Shown here in pieces: positions 62,951 through 64,000 of a DNA stretch of 64,000 nt; the first letter of the stretch is position 1, and each line of letters opens with the position of its first letter. The stretch lies in IMG/VR virus record IMGVR_UViG_3300010002_000010, positions 27,949 through 91,948 of that record; one strand, 5' to 3'. Origin of the DNA: a virus (lineage: Duplodnaviria; Heunggongvirae; Uroviricota; Caudoviricetes). The position numbers were made by a program, and so were the translations under genes. The notes under the pieces are model-generated. The model had not been told where the DNA came from and made no database searches. It saw nothing but the letters and a program-made list of their open reading frames with translations.

Positions 62951-63263
62951 GATTTTTACCTCCTGATTTTTGTTTTGATCGGTTATTTCGTTTTTGTTTG
63001 CGATCCAATTTTTTAGCTTCACGAGCCAATCTTGCTTCTCGACGGTGTTCTCGTCGCGCTAAATTAATTGAGTCAACCTTATTATTAAACTCAACCACAT
63101 CTTTTAATTCCTGTTTGGTTACCCGATTTTCATTACCTACCGGTTTACCACTTGTATCGAGAATAATCTTATTGTATTCCTCGATCAATTCTTTTTCAGC
63201 TTCATCAACTACCAGGTAACCGCTTTTATCTAATACTTCATCGCTCAAAATCATTTTTATCAA
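62943..63263 (-). CDS. hypothetical basic protein (106 aa) with a Lys/Arg-rich C-terminus
   Basis: Start ambiguous between 63263 and 63254; basic tail ...RREHRREARLAREAKKLDRKQKRNNRSKQK. Confidence 0.5.
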   Translation of the reverse strand: MIKMILSDEVLDKSGYLVVDEAEKELIEEYNKIILDTSGKPVGNENRVTKQELKDVVEFNNKVDSINLARREHRREARLAREAKKLDRKQKRNNRSKQKSGGKNHV

Positions 63264-63285
63264 TTCCTTTCATCTGTATACTTTC

Positions 63286-63316
63286 ATTATACTTGATCTT
63301 TTTAATTAGGAAAGAT
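63286..63316 (-). promoter_or_regulatory. conserved phage promoter variant (TATAATgaaagtatac)
   Basis: ctttcattatacttgatcttttta read directly. Confidence 0.45.
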
Positions 63317-63637
63317 AATTGTCAAAACTTTTAATTTCTTTTACACAGGCAAGCAATGGTCTTTTGCTTGACTGTAACATATCTGAGCTTGCGAGGATAT
63401 GTAATCTCTTGAACTTATACGAGGCAACTTAATATTATATTTAGGATCAGGTTCAAGACATTGTTTCTCAGAAACAAGTTTCTTCGAAAGGGTTAATTTT
63501 TATTATTTTTTTTATTATTTTATTTTTAATCTTATTAATGAGTATATTTAGCCTATATAACTAAAACTTCCTTCGAAAATTAATAACAGCATATTTTAGT
63601 CCTCACTGTTAAACATTGATTAGATCAACATTTTTCT

Positions 63638-63685
63638 ACGGCCACTGCTGGCCTTGCCTGGTAGTTTTTTATTTTACATCCGATT
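63638..63685 (+). terminator. plus-strand terminator-like compound hairpin followed by a T-run
   Basis: ctac-ggcca-ctgc-tggcc-ttgcctg-gtag then ttttttatttt. Confidence 0.4.
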
Positions 63686-63888
63686 TCCAGAATCCCTGAT
63701 GCACGGCGATGAATGATGATATGAAGTGTTGGGCTTCATTTTCATAACCTGCTGATTTTGATCTTGCAACCGCTCAGCTCACGTCTTTCTCCTTGGAGAA
63801 TTTGGTTTTTGATAAAGGAGAGACCATAGCATGCAACTCCTTCAAATGTTTCCATTTGAATGGTGTTCTATTCTGTTGTCAACTGTTA

Positions 63889-63925
63889 TATTATACTTAA
63901 AAAAAAGCATTTGTAAAGGTCATTT
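63889..63925 (-). promoter_or_regulatory. conserved phage promoter TTTACA-N-TATAATATAAcag reading leftward into a ~560-nt region with no ORF
   Basis: caactgttatattatacttaaaaaaaagcatttgtaaaggtca read directly. Confidence 0.5.
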
Positions 63926-64000
63926 ACAAATACTTTTAAAAGAATATTCAGACTAATCCAAATATTTAGGTTCTATTTTTTTTTTTTTTTTTTTTTTTTT

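Overview
The window looks like the replication, nucleotide-metabolism and early region of a large AT-rich dsDNA phage of a Bacillus-type Firmicute. Inferred from memory, the gene order resembles SPbeta-group phages, but no search was run.

Layout:
- 1-3401 (+): end of a structural gene, then a lysis cassette (M23 peptidase-like protein, holin, BhlA/XhlA-like holin partner, VanY-type endolysin with a PG_binding_1 domain) and a tyrosine recombinase.
- 3436-12934 (both strands): an early-region-like block of small genes. Each has its own sigma-A-type promoter and rho-independent terminator. Four dense arrays of a palindromic GAATATTC motif lie between them, about 45-50 copies in total.
- 13058-63263 (all minus strand): replication and dNTP genes.
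  - Topoisomerase II: GyrB-like and GyrA-like subunits.
  - Pol III alpha (DnaE)-like polymerase, split by a group I intron carrying an HNH endonuclease.
  - DnaB-like helicase, DnaG-like primase, RecJ-like exonuclease, RNase H, ATP-dependent ligase, SSB-like protein, an AAA_24 (Sak4-like) ATPase and a RusA-like resolvase.
  - nrdHIEF ribonucleotide reductase genes, with nrdE split by a group I intron carrying a GIY-YIG endonuclease, plus a free-standing GIY-YIG gene.
  - Thymidylate synthase, DHFR, thymidine kinase, guanylate kinase, thymidylate-kinase-like protein, dUTPase and a MazG-like pyrophosphohydrolase.
  - A sigma-70 family factor, a glutamine-synthetase-like amidoligase and a thermonuclease.
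  - A nucleoside deoxyribosyltransferase, a PQ-loop (SemiSWEET-like) membrane protein and an SPFH protein.

About 25 copies of one conserved promoter (TTTAC-N16/17-TATAATATAAaAGTAAG) drive the minus-strand units, usually paired with a terminator immediately upstream. Several GC-rich structured intergenic elements and palindromic hairpin elements recur.

No tRNA, rRNA or CRISPR array was seen. Coordinates of starts that differ from the ORF track are anchored to the track's stop positions.
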